NCBI GenBank assembly: GCA_001873105.1
Contig: MNYN01000011.1
Location: 11,716-75,715 of the forward strand
DNA: 64,000 bases
Origin: Flavobacteriaceae bacterium CG2_30_34_30
Lineage (GTDB): Bacteria; Bacteroidota; Bacteroidia; Flavobacteriales; Flavobacteriaceae
Reading direction: 5' to 3'
Part shown: piece after piece, positions 18,038-28,560 of the stretch
Layout: every line of letters begins with the position of its first letter
Numbering within the stretch: position 1 is the stretch's first letter
Notes under the pieces: generated by a model
Databases searched by the model: none
What the model saw: only the letters and a program-made list of their open reading frames with translations
Told to the model about the DNA's origin: nothing
Translations under genes and position numbers: made by a program

Positions 18038-19102
18038 TTAATACTTTGAAACCTTTTGTAACAAATAATAATCTACTAAAACAAGTGCCGCCATTGCTTC
18101 TACAATTGGTACTGCTCTTGGAACAACACATGGGTCGTGCCTGCCTTTGCCCTGAATTTCGGCTTTGTTTCCTTTTGTATCAATAGTATCTTGTTTTTGC
18201 ATAATCGTGGCAACCGGTTTAAAAGCTACCCGAAAGTAAATGTCCATGCCATTACTTATTCCACCTTGGATACCCCCACTTAAATTGGTTTTAGTGGTTC
18301 CGTCTTCCTGAAAAATATCATTGTGCTCGCTACCACGCATTTTTGCGCCACAAAATCCACTGCCAAATTCAAATCCTTTCACGGCATTGATAGAAAGCAT
18401 TGCTTTTCCAAGTTCGGCGTGAAGTTTATCAAATACAGGTTCGCCTAAACCAATAGGTACGTTTTGTAATACACATGTAATAGTACCTCCTACTGTATCT
18501 CCTTCTTTTCTGATTTTTTTAATTAGGCTTTCCATTTTTTTAGCTGTCGCCAAATCCGGACAACGCACTGCAGTTGTTTCTGTTTTGGAGAAGTCTAAAC
18601 TTTGGTAGGGTTTATCCAAAAATATTTCTCCTACTGAAGAAACAAAAGCATTAATTTTTATAGTTGGAAGAAGTTGTTTTGCAATAGCTCCTGCTACAAC
18701 CCGACAAGCAGTTTCTCTGGCAGAAGACCTTCCACCACCTCTATAATCACGAATACCATATTTTTTGTCATAGGTAAAATCGGCATGTGATGGCCGATAA
18801 ATTGTTTTGTTATGGGAATAATCGTTAGATTTCTGATTGGTATTTTTAATGGTAAAACCAATGGGAGTTCCAGTAGTTTTTCCTTTAAAAATGCCACTTA
18901 AAAATACTACTTCGTCATCTTCTTTACGTTGGGTTACAATAGGAGATTGCCCGGGTTTTCTGCGTTGCATCTCTAATGCAATAGATTCAAAATTAATAGA
19001 AAGCCCTGCAGGACAGCCATCTATAATGCCTCCTATTGCCTCGCCATGTGATTCGCCAAAAGTGGTTAGTTTAAAAATATTTCCAAAGGAATTACCCGCC
19101 AT
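18038..19102 (-). CDS. aroC: Chorismate synthase
   Basis: [32 protein letters not shown] at 19102 (MAGNSFG) preferred. Confidence 0.97.
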   Translation of the reverse strand: MAGNSFGNIFKLTTFGESHGEAIGGIIDGCPAGLSINFESIALEMQRRKPGQSPIVTQRKEDDEVVFLSGIFKGKTTGTPIGFTIKNTNQKSNDYSHNKTIYRPSHADFTYDKKYGIRDYRGGGRSSARETACRVVAGAIAKQLLPTIKINAFVSSVGEIFLDKPYQSLDFSKTETTAVRCPDLATAKKMESLIKKIRKEGDTVGGTITCVLQNVPIGLGEPVFDKLHAELGKAMLSINAVKGFEFGSGFCGAKMRGSEHNDIFQEDGTTKTNLSGGIQGGISNGMDIYFRVAFKPVATIMQKQDTIDTKGNKAEIQGKGRHDPCVVPRAVPIVEAMAALVLVDYYLLQKVSKY

Positions 19103-19283
19103 TACATAGGTTTTCAACAAATGTAATTTTTATAATAGAGATTTAAAAATATTGTTTTGCTTAATATAGAATTAAAACAGGTTTATTTGCGATAATGTAA
19201 AAATAACATTGGCTTAAGTAAGTAATAATCTGTATTTGTTGATAAAGGACCATAAAATTTAGTCCTTTGTAAAAACCTAATCC

Positions 19284-20117
19284 ATGTTAAAACGTAAAGT
19301 GGAAATAGTGGTAATATCTGATGTGCATTTAGGCACTTATGGTTGCCATTCAAAGGAGTTGCTCCAGTATTTGAACAGCATTCGTCCAAAAAAATTAATT
19401 TTAAATGGGGATATAATTGATATCTGGCAATTTAGAAAAAGTTATTTCCCTAAAGCACATTTGCAAGTCATCAAAAAAATAATAGCCTTTGCTACAAAAG
19501 GCACCAAAGTCTACTACATTACAGGCAACCACGATGAAAAACTTCGCAAATTTAGCAACACTAAAATGGGTAATATTCAAATTTTAGATAAGTTAGTATT
19601 AAATCTTGACGGTAAAAAAGCATGGTTTTTTCATGGTGATGTTTTTGATGCCTCTGTGCAACATGCTAAGTTTATAGCTAAATTAGGGGGTTGGGGATAT
19701 GATTTTCTTATTTTATTTAACCAGCTGATTAATTGGGTTTTATTGAAAATGGGACGTGAAAAATATTCGCTTTCTAAAAAAATAAAAGCAAGTGTAAAAC
19801 AAGCCGTAAAATTTATTAACAACTTTGAAAAAACAGCTACTGATTTAGCAATTGAAAATGAGTTTGATTATGTGGTTTGTGGACATATTCACCACCCACA
19901 AATAGAGAAAAAATGTAGTGTAAAAGGATCTTGTTTGTACTTAAATAGTGGTGATTGGGTGGAAAATTTAACGGCATTAGAGTATAATAATGAGCGATGG
20001 AATTTATATACGTACAATCAAAATGGCAATAAAACAATACCCATAGAGGAAACAATAGAGGATAATGGTGTTATTACCGATTTACTTTCCGCTATGTTGA
20101 TACATAAAAAAATTTAA
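19284..20117 (+). CDS. UDP-2,3-diacylglucosamine diphosphatase-like metallophosphoesterase (LpxH-like)
   Basis: SDVHLG, NGDIID, GNHD, HGD, CGHIH, NSGDW. Confidence 0.85.
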   Translation: MLKRKVEIVVISDVHLGTYGCHSKELLQYLNSIRPKKLILNGDIIDIWQFRKSYFPKAHLQVIKKIIAFATKGTKVYYITGNHDEKLRKFSNTKMGNIQILDKLVLNLDGKKAWFFHGDVFDASVQHAKFIAKLGGWGYDFLILFNQLINWVLLKMGREKYSLSKKIKASVKQAVKFINNFEKTATDLAIENEFDYVVCGHIHHPQIEKKCSVKGSCLYLNSGDWVENLTALEYNNERWNLYTYNQNGNKTIPIEETIEDNGVITDLLSAMLIHKKI

Positions 20118-23041
20118 GAAACCTTCAATGCTTTTCTTAAAATAGTAACGGGATGTAATGCTATTCTATCTGTTCCATCCTTAATTTGATGCCTGCAACT
20201 TGTACCTGTTGCTGCTAAAATTGTATCTAAAGGTGTTTTTCTTATTGCCGGAAAAAGTGTTAATTCGCCCATTTGCATACTAATATCATAATGTTCTTTT
20301 TCATAGCCAAAAGAACCTGCCATACCACAACAACCGGATGGTATTACAGTTACTTTATAATGCTTGGGAAGATTTAATATCTTGAAAGTTGCAGAAACGG
20401 ACGATAAAGCCTTTTGATGACAATGTAGATGAAGTTTGACTGCTTTTTCTTGATTTGTAAAGTACTCTGGTGTAATTGCTCCTTTTTCAATTTCGTTCGC
20501 TAAAAATTCTTCCACAGTAAAGGTGTTTTTAGCCAATTTTTTTGCAGCATCTATATCTGTTGCCAGTCTTAAATATTCATCTCTAAATGTTAGTATTGCC
20601 GAAGGTTCTAGTCCAATAAGTGGAATTTCAACAGAAATTAATTCTTTAAATATAGAAATGTTTGCATCAACTACAACTCTTGCTTCTTCTAAAAAACCTT
20701 TCGATATAAACGCTCTTCCGCTTTGTAAATGTCTTACTAATTGCACATCGTATCCTAATTGAAATAACAAATGCAAGGCATCCATTCCTATTTCAGTATC
20801 CAGGTATTCTGTGAATTCATCAACAAAAAAATACACTTTTGATTTAAATGTATTCTTCTGTTTTTTAAGTATTTGAAATTCCTTATATAAATTAAGAGTT
20901 GAAAGTAATGGTAAACTTCTTTTTGGGGCTATACCTCCTATTTTTTTTAAAACAGATGAGGTAAATGTATTTGAAAAAACAAAATTTGTCAAAGTCTTTG
21001 TTTTGCTTCCCAGTTTGTTATAATAATGGATGTTTGCAAAAAGTTTTGTGCGAAAATTACAGCCGTTTACTTTTTTATACTGGTATTCGAATTCGGCTTT
21101 AAGTGCTGCCATATCAACATTGGAAGGACATTCACTTTTACAACCTTTACAACTAATGCAAAGGTCAAATACTTCTTTTAGTTCTATATGATTAAATTTA
21201 TTTATTTTTTCGCTATTGGTTAAAAATTCGCGTAATGCATTAGCCCTTCCGCGGGTTGTATCTTTTTCATTTTTAGTAACTCGATAACTTGGACACATGG
21301 TTCCTCCTGCACTTTCGGGCTTTCTACAATCGCCGCTACCGTTGCACTTTTCAGTACTTCTAAGAATACCTAAAGAATCTGAAAAATCTAATAAGGTTTC
21401 TATTATTGGTTCTTTTTGACGAATTTCAAAACGTAGATTTTTATCTATTGCCAATGGGGCAACAATTTTTCCGGGATTAAAAATACCGTTTGGGTCAAAT
21501 GCCCATTTTATTTCTTTAATAATATGATAATTAGCTTCACCTATCATTAATGGAATGTATGAAGAACGCACAATACCATCACCATGCTCACCGCTCAAGG
21601 ATCCATTGTATTTTTTTATTAAGTTTGCAACAGCTGTTGTAATTTGTTTAAAAAGTACGACATCTTCTTGTGTTTTAAGATTTAAAATGGGTCGTAAATG
21701 CAGCTCACCAGCTCCGGCATGCGCGTAATACACTGTTTTTTGATTAAAAGATTGCATCAATTTTGTAAATTCTGAAATATAATCAGAAAGGTCATCTAAA
21801 GCAACCGCAGTATCTTCTATACAAGCCACCGCTTTTTTATCGCCTATGATGTTGCCTAGTAAACCAAGTCCGGCTTTGCGAAGTTCTAAGGCTTTTTCAA
21901 TATTTTCACCTACTAACACTGGTAAAGCGTATGCAAGTTTTGTTTCTTTTAAATGTGCAATAAGATTTTTAGACAATTGTAATACTTCCGCCTGTGTTGT
22001 TGCTTTTAATTCCAATAATAAAATGGCCTCCGGATCACCTTCAATAAAAAATCGGCTTTCTTTGTATTTCAAGCTTTCTTTTGTGCAATCTAAAACCACT
22101 TTATCCATCATTTCACAAGTAAAAAGGGAATGCGACATAGCAGGAACCACGCTTTTTAAACAATTTTCAATAGAATGATAATGAGCTGCTATCATTATCG
22201 TTTCAGAAGGAGGAAGGACATCTAATTGTAATTTAATTTTAGTAGTAAACGCTAGGGTGCCTTCGCTTCCTGTAAGTAATTTACACATATTAAATGGGTT
22301 ACCATTCTCAGTAAACACTTCCGATTTAATTAGTTCATCGATGGCATAACCGGTATTTCTTCTGTGTATTTTTGGATTTGGAAAAGTATCACGTATTCTT
22401 TTCTGAACAATTTTGTCCTTTAGTTGGGTATATATTGTTTTGTATATTTTGCCTTCTAAGGTGTTTTCTTTGGTCTTTTTTAAAAATTCATCTTTTGTAA
22501 TCTCTTTAAATGTAACTAAAGAACCATCTGAGAGAATGGTTTCCATTTCTAGCACTTTATCTCTAGTAACACCGTATTTTATTGAGGTAGTTCCGCTTGA
22601 GTTATTTCCTACCATACCGCCAAGCATACATCGGTTTGAGGTGGAAGTATTGGGTCCAAAAAAAAGACCCAAGTCTTTTAATTGTATATTAAGGACATCT
22701 CTGATAACTCCTGGTTCAAGTACTGCGGTTTTTTCTTTTTCATTTATTTGTAAAATTTTTGTAAAATATTTTGAAATATCTACAACAATACCTTTTCCAA
22801 CGCATTGTCCGGCAAGGGATGTACCTGCAGTTCTGGCAATTAAACTAGTATTATAATTAGTTGCAAATGCAATCAGTTTTTGTATGTCTGCCACTGATTT
22901 TGGCAATGCAACGGCTTCAGGAAGAATTCGGTACACAGAAGCATCTGTAGCATATATAGCTTTTGTTAATTCGTCAAAACATATTTCACCTTCAAAAGAT
23001 GCTACTAAATCATTTAAGGCTTTGCTGTTAGTTGTTTTCAT
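20114..23041 (-). CDS. FAD-linked, Fe-S-containing oxidoreductase (GlcD/GlcF fusion; YdiJ/D-2-hydroxyacid dehydrogenase-like)
   Basis: RTAGTSLAGQ, GSEGTLA, GEHGDG, CNGSGDC, CISCKGCKSECP, CCGMAGSFG. Confidence 0.9.
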   Translation of the reverse strand: MKTTNSKALNDLVASFEGEICFDELTKAIYATDASVYRILPEAVALPKSVADIQKLIAFATNYNTSLIARTAGTSLAGQCVGKGIVVDISKYFTKILQINEKEKTAVLEPGVIRDVLNIQLKDLGLFFGPNTSTSNRCMLGGMVGNNSSGTTSIKYGVTRDKVLEMETILSDGSLVTFKEITKDEFLKKTKENTLEGKIYKTIYTQLKDKIVQKRIRDTFPNPKIHRRNTGYAIDELIKSEVFTENGNPFNMCKLLTGSEGTLAFTTKIKLQLDVLPPSETIMIAAHYHSIENCLKSVVPAMSHSLFTCEMMDKVVLDCTKESLKYKESRFFIEGDPEAILLLELKATTQAEVLQLSKNLIAHLKETKLAYALPVLVGENIEKALELRKAGLGLLGNIIGDKKAVACIEDTAVALDDLSDYISEFTKLMQSFNQKTVYYAHAGAGELHLRPILNLKTQEDVVLFKQITTAVANLIKKYNGSLSGEHGDGIVRSSYIPLMIGEANYHIIKEIKWAFDPNGIFNPGKIVAPLAIDKNLRFEIRQKEPIIETLLDFSDSLGILRSTEKCNGSGDCRKPESAGGTMCPSYRVTKNEKDTTRGRANALREFLTNSEKINKFNHIELKEVFDLCISCKGCKSECPSNVDMAALKAEFEYQYKKVNGCNFRTKLFANIHYYNKLGSKTKTLTNFVFSNTFTSSVLKKIGGIAPKRSLPLLSTLNLYKEFQILKKQKNTFKSKVYFFVDEFTEYLDTEIGMDALHLLFQLGYDVQLVRHLQSGRAFISKGFLEEARVVVDANISIFKELISVEIPLIGLEPSAILTFRDEYLRLATDIDAAKKLAKNTFTVEEFLANEIEKGAITPEYFTNQEKAVKLHLHCHQKALSSVSATFKILNLPKHYKVTVIPSGCCGMAGSFGYEKEHYDISMQMGELTLFPAIRKTPLDTILAATGTSCRHQIKDGTDRIALHPVTILRKALKVS

Positions 23042-23180
23042 TGCATTAAAAGTACGACTTCTTTAGATTTTATGTTAACACATTTTATATATTATTAACA
23101 TAAGATTGGGTTGACTTAAAGTTTAAATATTTGTATTTGTTTTAATTTCGCTTCAAATTAACAGTAAAACCAAATATAAA

Positions 23181-23669
23181 ATGAAAAAAGTATTTTTTAC
23201 AGCAATATTACTTGTTGGAGTGACTTTTGCAAGTCAAGCACAAACTATTTCCAAACATGCCATTGGGTTAAGATTTGGTGGAGGTAACGGCTATGGAGCA
23301 GAGGTTTCTTACCAACACGCACTTGGCGATAACAATAGATTAGAATTAGATCTTGGATGGAGAAATGATGATGATTTTGACTCTTATAAACTTGCAGCAC
23401 TTTACCAATGGGTTTGGAATATTGAAGGTGGATTTAACTGGTATGCCGGTGTTGGTGGTGGTGTAGGAAGTATTTCAGACAATAGATTTGAAAGAAATAA
23501 CGATGGGGCATTTGTATTTGCTGCTGGAGATATTGGGATTGAATACAATTTTGATATTCCACTTTTAATATCTTTAGATTTTAGACCTGAAATAGGTTTT
23601 TATGGTGATGAATATCCATTAAACTCCTTTTCACCGGATATTGCTTTAGGAATTAGATACCAATTTTAG
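23181..23669 (+). CDS. Small outer-membrane beta-barrel protein
   Basis: Signal peptide, alternating amphipathic strands, C-terminal GIRYQF. Confidence 0.75.
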   Translation: MKKVFFTAILLVGVTFASQAQTISKHAIGLRFGGGNGYGAEVSYQHALGDNNRLELDLGWRNDDDFDSYKLAALYQWVWNIEGGFNWYAGVGGGVGSISDNRFERNNDGAFVFAAGDIGIEYNFDIPLLISLDFRPEIGFYGDEYPLNSFSPDIALGIRYQF

Positions 23670-23687
23670 TAGGCACTTATGTTATGT

Positions 23688-23725
23688 AAAAATCTTCTTT
23701 CAGAATATTCTGAAAGAAGATTTTT
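23688..23725. terminator. Perfect 38-bp palindrome; bidirectional terminator between convergent genes
   Basis: AAAAATCTTCTTTCAGAAT|ATTCTGAAAGAAGATTTTT. Confidence 0.8.
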
Positions 23726-23738
23726 TTGTTTAATATTT

Positions 23739-24185
23739 TTATTTAAATAGTACCTTTTTATTTTTATCCATAATAACGATAGTGTATGGATTTGTCAGTG
23801 CCATAGTAACCATAGCATCGGCACCCGGACTAGTTTCCAATACGGTAACAACTGTTGTATCTCCTTTTACTTGTACACTTTTAACTTGAATACCATATCC
23901 ACCTGTATTTTTTAATCCGGAATGTAAAGAAACAACCATTTTTTTATTAAAATCTATGGATGCTAATTTTGAAGGGATAACCTCATCAAAAACCATATTT
24001 TGGATTGCTTTTTCTAATTCGGAATTAGATTTTATTACTTCATAAGATTTTTCATCTTTTCCTCCATAAGAACTTTCTATAACAACATCAAAAGATGCAT
24101 CTGCATAATTAGGAGTATTTTTATTAGTGTTACACGAAAAAAATAAAATGCTAACGACACTTAAAGGGATAAGAAATTTCATCAT
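23739..24185 (-). CDS. PrcB C-terminal-domain lipoprotein
   Basis: Lipobox FFSC, GLKNTGGYGI, MVTMALTNPY. Confidence 0.8.
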   Translation of the reverse strand: MMKFLIPLSVVSILFFSCNTNKNTPNYADASFDVVIESSYGGKDEKSYEVIKSNSELEKAIQNMVFDEVIPSKLASIDFNKKMVVSLHSGLKNTGGYGIQVKSVQVKGDTTVVTVLETSPGADAMVTMALTNPYTIVIMDKNKKVLFK

Positions 24186-25336
24186 TATTTAGTTAGGTTT
24201 TTAGTTAGTGAATTTTCAAGAGCTTGAAAGTACAATTTTTCATAAACAGGAACAATATTATGCAAATCAAATTTTACAGCTGCAGCTTTAGCGTTACTTT
24301 TAAATTGATTTAATGTGTTTTTATCTTTCAAAATATAAAGAGCTTTTTTTGTCATATCTTCAATATCCCCCACATTGCTCAAATAGCCACTTACTCCATC
24401 GATATTGACTTCCGAAAGACCGCCGGTATTGCTTGAAATAACTGGAACGCCACAGGACATGGCTTCCAAAGCTGCTAAACCAAAGCTTTCTTTTTCGGAA
24501 GGAAGTAAAAACAAATCCGAAAAACATAAAATTTTGTCAACTTCATCACTATTGCCAAGAAAGACAACTTTATCTTCTATTCCCAATTCTTGACACAACT
24601 TTTCTGCGGGTTCTTTTTCGGGACCCTCTCCTACCATCATTAATTTAGATGGCATTTTTTTTTGGATCTTATTGAATATGTGAATAACATCCATTATTCT
24701 CTTCACTTTTCTGAAATTACTTACATGTGTTACAATAATCTCGTCCTTATCAGCCATCATATCCCTTTGGCAATCTGTATAAGCATTTTTTTGGTGCTTT
24801 TGCAAGTCAATAAAGTTAGGAACAACATCTATGGGTATTTTGACATCAAAAAGACGAAGGGTGTCGTCTTTTAAGCTTTGGGAAACAGAGGTTACCACAT
24901 CACTTTTATTAATACTAAAGGTTACTGCAGGTTTATAAAATGGGTGGTTTCCAACTAGGGTGATATCCGTTCCGTGAAGTGTGGTTACCATTGGTAAAAA
25001 AATTCCTTCCTCTTCTAGCATTTTTTTTGCCATATAACCGGCATACGCATGAGGGATTGCATAATGTACGTGTAGTAGCTCAATGCCATACAATTTTACC
25101 ATATCTACTAGTTTGCTGGATAATGCAAGTTCATAGGGTTGGTATTTAAAAAGCGGATACTCCGGGACATTTACCTCATGGAAATGAATTTTATTGGCAA
25201 GCAATTCTAAACGAACCGGTTGTTTGTAGGTGATAAAATGTATTTCATGACCTCTTTTAGCAAGTTCTGTTCCTAATTCTGTGGCTACAACACCACTTCC
25301 TCCAAAGGTTGGATAACAAACGATAGCTATTTTCAT
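24185..25336 (-). CDS. bshA: N-acetyl-alpha-D-glucosaminyl L-malate synthase (bacillithiol biosynthesis, GT4)
   Basis: CYPTFGGSGVVATELG, HVHYAIPHA, TTLHGTDITLVG, ESFGLAALEAM. Confidence 0.93.
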   Translation of the reverse strand: MKIAIVCYPTFGGSGVVATELGTELAKRGHEIHFITYKQPVRLELLANKIHFHEVNVPEYPLFKYQPYELALSSKLVDMVKLYGIELLHVHYAIPHAYAGYMAKKMLEEEGIFLPMVTTLHGTDITLVGNHPFYKPAVTFSINKSDVVTSVSQSLKDDTLRLFDVKIPIDVVPNFIDLQKHQKNAYTDCQRDMMADKDEIIVTHVSNFRKVKRIMDVIHIFNKIQKKMPSKLMMVGEGPEKEPAEKLCQELGIEDKVVFLGNSDEVDKILCFSDLFLLPSEKESFGLAALEAMSCGVPVISSNTGGLSEVNIDGVSGYLSNVGDIEDMTKKALYILKDKNTLNQFKSNAKAAAVKFDLHNIVPVYEKLYFQALENSLTKNLTK

Positions 25337-25411
25337 AAATATTAAAAAGTTCTAAGAATTTTGGAAATTTATTTCAAAAATACGATTAACAATTAACTTA
25401 AATAGAAAATT

Positions 25412-28330
25412 TTAAAAATCTATTGCATCATAAATTGCTTGTTGGATTTTTGTACGGATGTTAGAACTAATTAATTTTCTATTGTTCACATCAGGGTAGG
25501 TTCTATTGGAAAGAAAGACATAAACCACTTCGTTTTCAGGATCTGCCCAGGTATAAGTACCTGTAAATCCTGAATGACCGAAACTAGTCATAGAAACGCA
25601 TCCACAAGTAGGTCCTTCCACTCCAAGTTGTGGTTTGTCAAACCCAATACCTCTTCGCACTTGTTTATCACAATAATAACAGGTATTAAAAAGGTCTAAA
25701 GATTCCGCATTAAAATATCGTTTTCCACCATAGAAACCTCTCCATACATACATTTGCATGATTTTAGCAACGTCATTTGCATTTGCAAAAACACCTGCAT
25801 GACCGCTTACCCCATCCATCATTGCAGCGCCTTGGTCGTGTACATAGCCATGAATTTTTTGCATTCTAAAATCGGTGTCTATTTCTGTGGGTACAATATT
25901 TTCTAAAGGCATCCTCTCCGTTGGTAAATAACCCATAGTATATGTACCAAGGGGTTCATAATATTCTTCTTGAATAACCCTTTCTAAAGGTTTTCCATAG
26001 TGTTTTTCTATATATTTTTTTAACATATAATAAGGCAAATCACTATAAAGATATTTTACTTGTTGGGCAACATCACTTTCTAAAATAATTTTGTGGATGG
26101 AATCTTCTAAATCATTTCTTGCGTATAGTTTTTCTGTTACTTTATTAGTAAATCCGGGTTCCGGTGTTGTTTTATAATATGTAGAAGAGGGTTTTTTTGT
26201 TTCTTTATCCAGAGTACTTCTATAAAATGGAATCCAAGCTTTTAATCCTGCAAAATGAGATAAAAGTTCTTTTAAGGTGATATGTGCCTTGTTAGTAAGC
26301 CGATATTCCGGAAGTAAATCACTTAAAGTAAATTCTAAATCAATAACGCCTTGGTCTGCTAGTTTTATTAAAATGGGAACAGTCGCTAAAATTTTAGTCA
26401 ATGAAGCTACATCATAAATATCTTCATCTGCTACTTTTTCTTTTTTTTCTTGGGTGTGGTACCCATAATTTTTTTGAAAAACTACTTTTCCTTGTTTTGC
26501 AATTAATACTTGTACACCTGGAGCCATGCTTTGAGTAACAACTAACTGAGCTAGAGAATCTACTTTTTTTAATTTTTCAGAATTAAAACCAACGCTTTCG
26601 GGACTTCCATAACTTAATCGATTTAAGGATTTTGTTTCTAATTTTGAATTCACCGGAAAGTTTTCTCCTGCCGTTACGGGGAGTTTTCCTTTTGCTTCTC
26701 TTGCACCAAAAATTAATTGTGCTGAAACTTCTTGTGCTATTTTACTATTTTGATAAGAAATTACTACACTTTCAAAATTCCCGGTAGCTTTTAAATCCAG
26801 TAATGCATAAGGTCTTGTAAAAATGTTTAAAATGACTTGGTTTGTTCTTGCAATTTCATAGATCCAAACTTGCTCTTTTTGGGTCATTTTATATCCTTTC
26901 CAAGGGTTTTCATTGGACTTATGAAAACCAACAATCACACAATCATACGCTTTTAATTTTAAGATTAATTCATCTAAAGTAGTTGCTTTTACCCAATCTA
27001 CCGGGGCATATTTTTGTAATTGTTTTAAAAAATCGGAGCCGCTAGCATCGCCAAAGTTTACATAAGCAAATTTCTTGTTTTGTAATTCTCTTATGGGCAA
27101 AATTCCATCCTTGTTTTTAATAACGGTTATAGCATTATCCATAAGCTCTTCATACAATTCATCATTTAGCACGCTATTTAATTCCTCATAAAGAAATGTA
27201 GTGTTAATAGGTTTGTACTTGTTCAACCCTACTTTATATTTTGCATATAATATTTTTTTGACCGAATGTGCTAATCGTTCTTCACTTATACTTCCCTCTT
27301 TATATGCATCCACAATCAGTTGGTGAGCTTTTGGAATATCTTCCGAAATAAGCAATACATCATTTCCTGCTTGAAATGCCGCTAAATCTACTTCGCCAGG
27401 ATTGTTGAATGCCGAAACACCTTTCATGTTTAAGGCATCTGTAAAAATTAAACCTTGAAAGCCGAGTGTGTTTTTAAGCAAATCAGTAACTATTGCACTA
27501 GATAGTGATGAAGGAAAATTCTGTCTGGGTTCTAAACTAGGTACATTTAAATGGGCAATCATAACACTTGCCAATCCTTTGGTGAATAAATATTTATAAG
27601 GATAGAGTTCTATACTGTCAATTCTTTTTTCTGAAAAGGAAACCGTTGGCAATGTTTTATGCGAATCGGAATCGGTATCACCGTGGCCTGGAAAATGTTT
27701 TCCGCTAGCAAGCACGCCAACACTTTGCATGCCTTGCATAAATGCCGCTGCCTTTTTAGTAACATTATCTCTATCTTCACCAAAAGATCGGTTGCCAATA
27801 ATGGGATTTTCCGGGTTTGTATTTATATCTAAAACAGGCGCAAAATTCATATGCACTCCCAATCGTTTGTTGTGTTCACCGATACGTTTACCTACTTTAT
27901 AGATAAGTGAAATATCTTCAATAGCTCCTAAAGTCATGTTCCATGGAAAAGCGTAAGTAGAGTCTAAACGCATGGCAAGACCCCATTCAGCATCCATAGC
28001 AATCATTAAAGGTATTTTTGCTATTTTTTGAAAATCGTTTGTAATTTTAGCTTGCCTTCCAGGGCCACCTTTTGAAAAGATAATTCCTCCGATGTGTTGC
28101 TCTGAAATGAGGCGTTTAACGCGATCTACTTTTGCTTTTGGGTCGGATGAAAATAAATCGACCATAAATAGTTGCCCAACTTTTTCTTTTAGGGTCATTT
28201 CGGAATAAATACTATCTACCCATTTTTGCTGGTTTTCAAAGTCATTAATTTTATGAAGTGGATGCAATTGCTGTCCGAAAACAGTACCTCCGAAAGAAAT
28301 AAAAAGAAGTGTAAAAAATTTTTTATTCAT
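25412..28330 (-). CDS. GH3 beta-N-acetylglucosaminidase (NagZ-type) fused to a beta-lactamase-fold serine hydrolase
   Basis: KHFPGHGDTDSDSH and FTDALNM in the GH3 part; ASLTK (SxxK), YSD and GHSGFTG in the C-terminal part. Confidence 0.92.
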   Translation of the reverse strand: MNKKFFTLLFISFGGTVFGQQLHPLHKINDFENQQKWVDSIYSEMTLKEKVGQLFMVDLFSSDPKAKVDRVKRLISEQHIGGIIFSKGGPGRQAKITNDFQKIAKIPLMIAMDAEWGLAMRLDSTYAFPWNMTLGAIEDISLIYKVGKRIGEHNKRLGVHMNFAPVLDINTNPENPIIGNRSFGEDRDNVTKKAAAFMQGMQSVGVLASGKHFPGHGDTDSDSHKTLPTVSFSEKRIDSIELYPYKYLFTKGLASVMIAHLNVPSLEPRQNFPSSLSSAIVTDLLKNTLGFQGLIFTDALNMKGVSAFNNPGEVDLAAFQAGNDVLLISEDIPKAHQLIVDAYKEGSISEERLAHSVKKILYAKYKVGLNKYKPINTTFLYEELNSVLNDELYEELMDNAITVIKNKDGILPIRELQNKKFAYVNFGDASGSDFLKQLQKYAPVDWVKATTLDELILKLKAYDCVIVGFHKSNENPWKGYKMTQKEQVWIYEIARTNQVILNIFTRPYALLDLKATGNFESVVISYQNSKIAQEVSAQLIFGAREAKGKLPVTAGENFPVNSKLETKSLNRLSYGSPESVGFNSEKLKKVDSLAQLVVTQSMAPGVQVLIAKQGKVVFQKNYGYHTQEKKEKVADEDIYDVASLTKILATVPILIKLADQGVIDLEFTLSDLLPEYRLTNKAHITLKELLSHFAGLKAWIPFYRSTLDKETKKPSSTYYKTTPEPGFTNKVTEKLYARNDLEDSIHKIILESDVAQQVKYLYSDLPYYMLKKYIEKHYGKPLERVIQEEYYEPLGTYTMGYLPTERMPLENIVPTEIDTDFRMQKIHGYVHDQGAAMMDGVSGHAGVFANANDVAKIMQMYVWRGFYGGKRYFNAESLDLFNTCYYCDKQVRRGIGFDKPQLGVEGPTCGCVSMTSFGHSGFTGTYTWADPENEVVYVFLSNRTYPDVNNRKLISSNIRTKIQQAIYDAIDF

Positions 28331-28416
28331 AAAAAGTAAGTGTACAAAAACTGTGCTAAGAAAAATCGATATATTTTGGTAAAAATACCAAAATTAAAGG
28401 GGAACAACACAATATA

Positions 28417-28444
28417 AGATGTGAGATTTTAGATTTTAGATTTT
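28417..28444. repeat. 7-bp-period repeat, near-identical to 29234-29261
   Basis: AGATGTG AGATTTT AGATTTT AGATTTT. Confidence 0.75.
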
Positions 28445-28487
28445 TTGCTTTGTAGGAAATAGAAAATTGAAACCACTCCATTAATTT

Positions 28488-28522
28488 AATTCAAAATTCA
28501 AAATTCAAAATTCAAAATCAAA
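28488..28522. repeat. (AATTCAA)4 tandem repeat plus one degenerate copy
   Basis: Four exact copies at 28488-28515. Confidence 0.85.
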
Positions 28523-28560
28523 CGCATCACCTAACCCCCTTCAATTTACAACAACTTTTT

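Noticed and set aside
25412-26700. Antibiotic-resistance beta-lactamase
   Set aside because: The SxxK domain is fused to a NagZ-type GH3, an architecture consistent with peptidoglycan or amino-sugar turnover.
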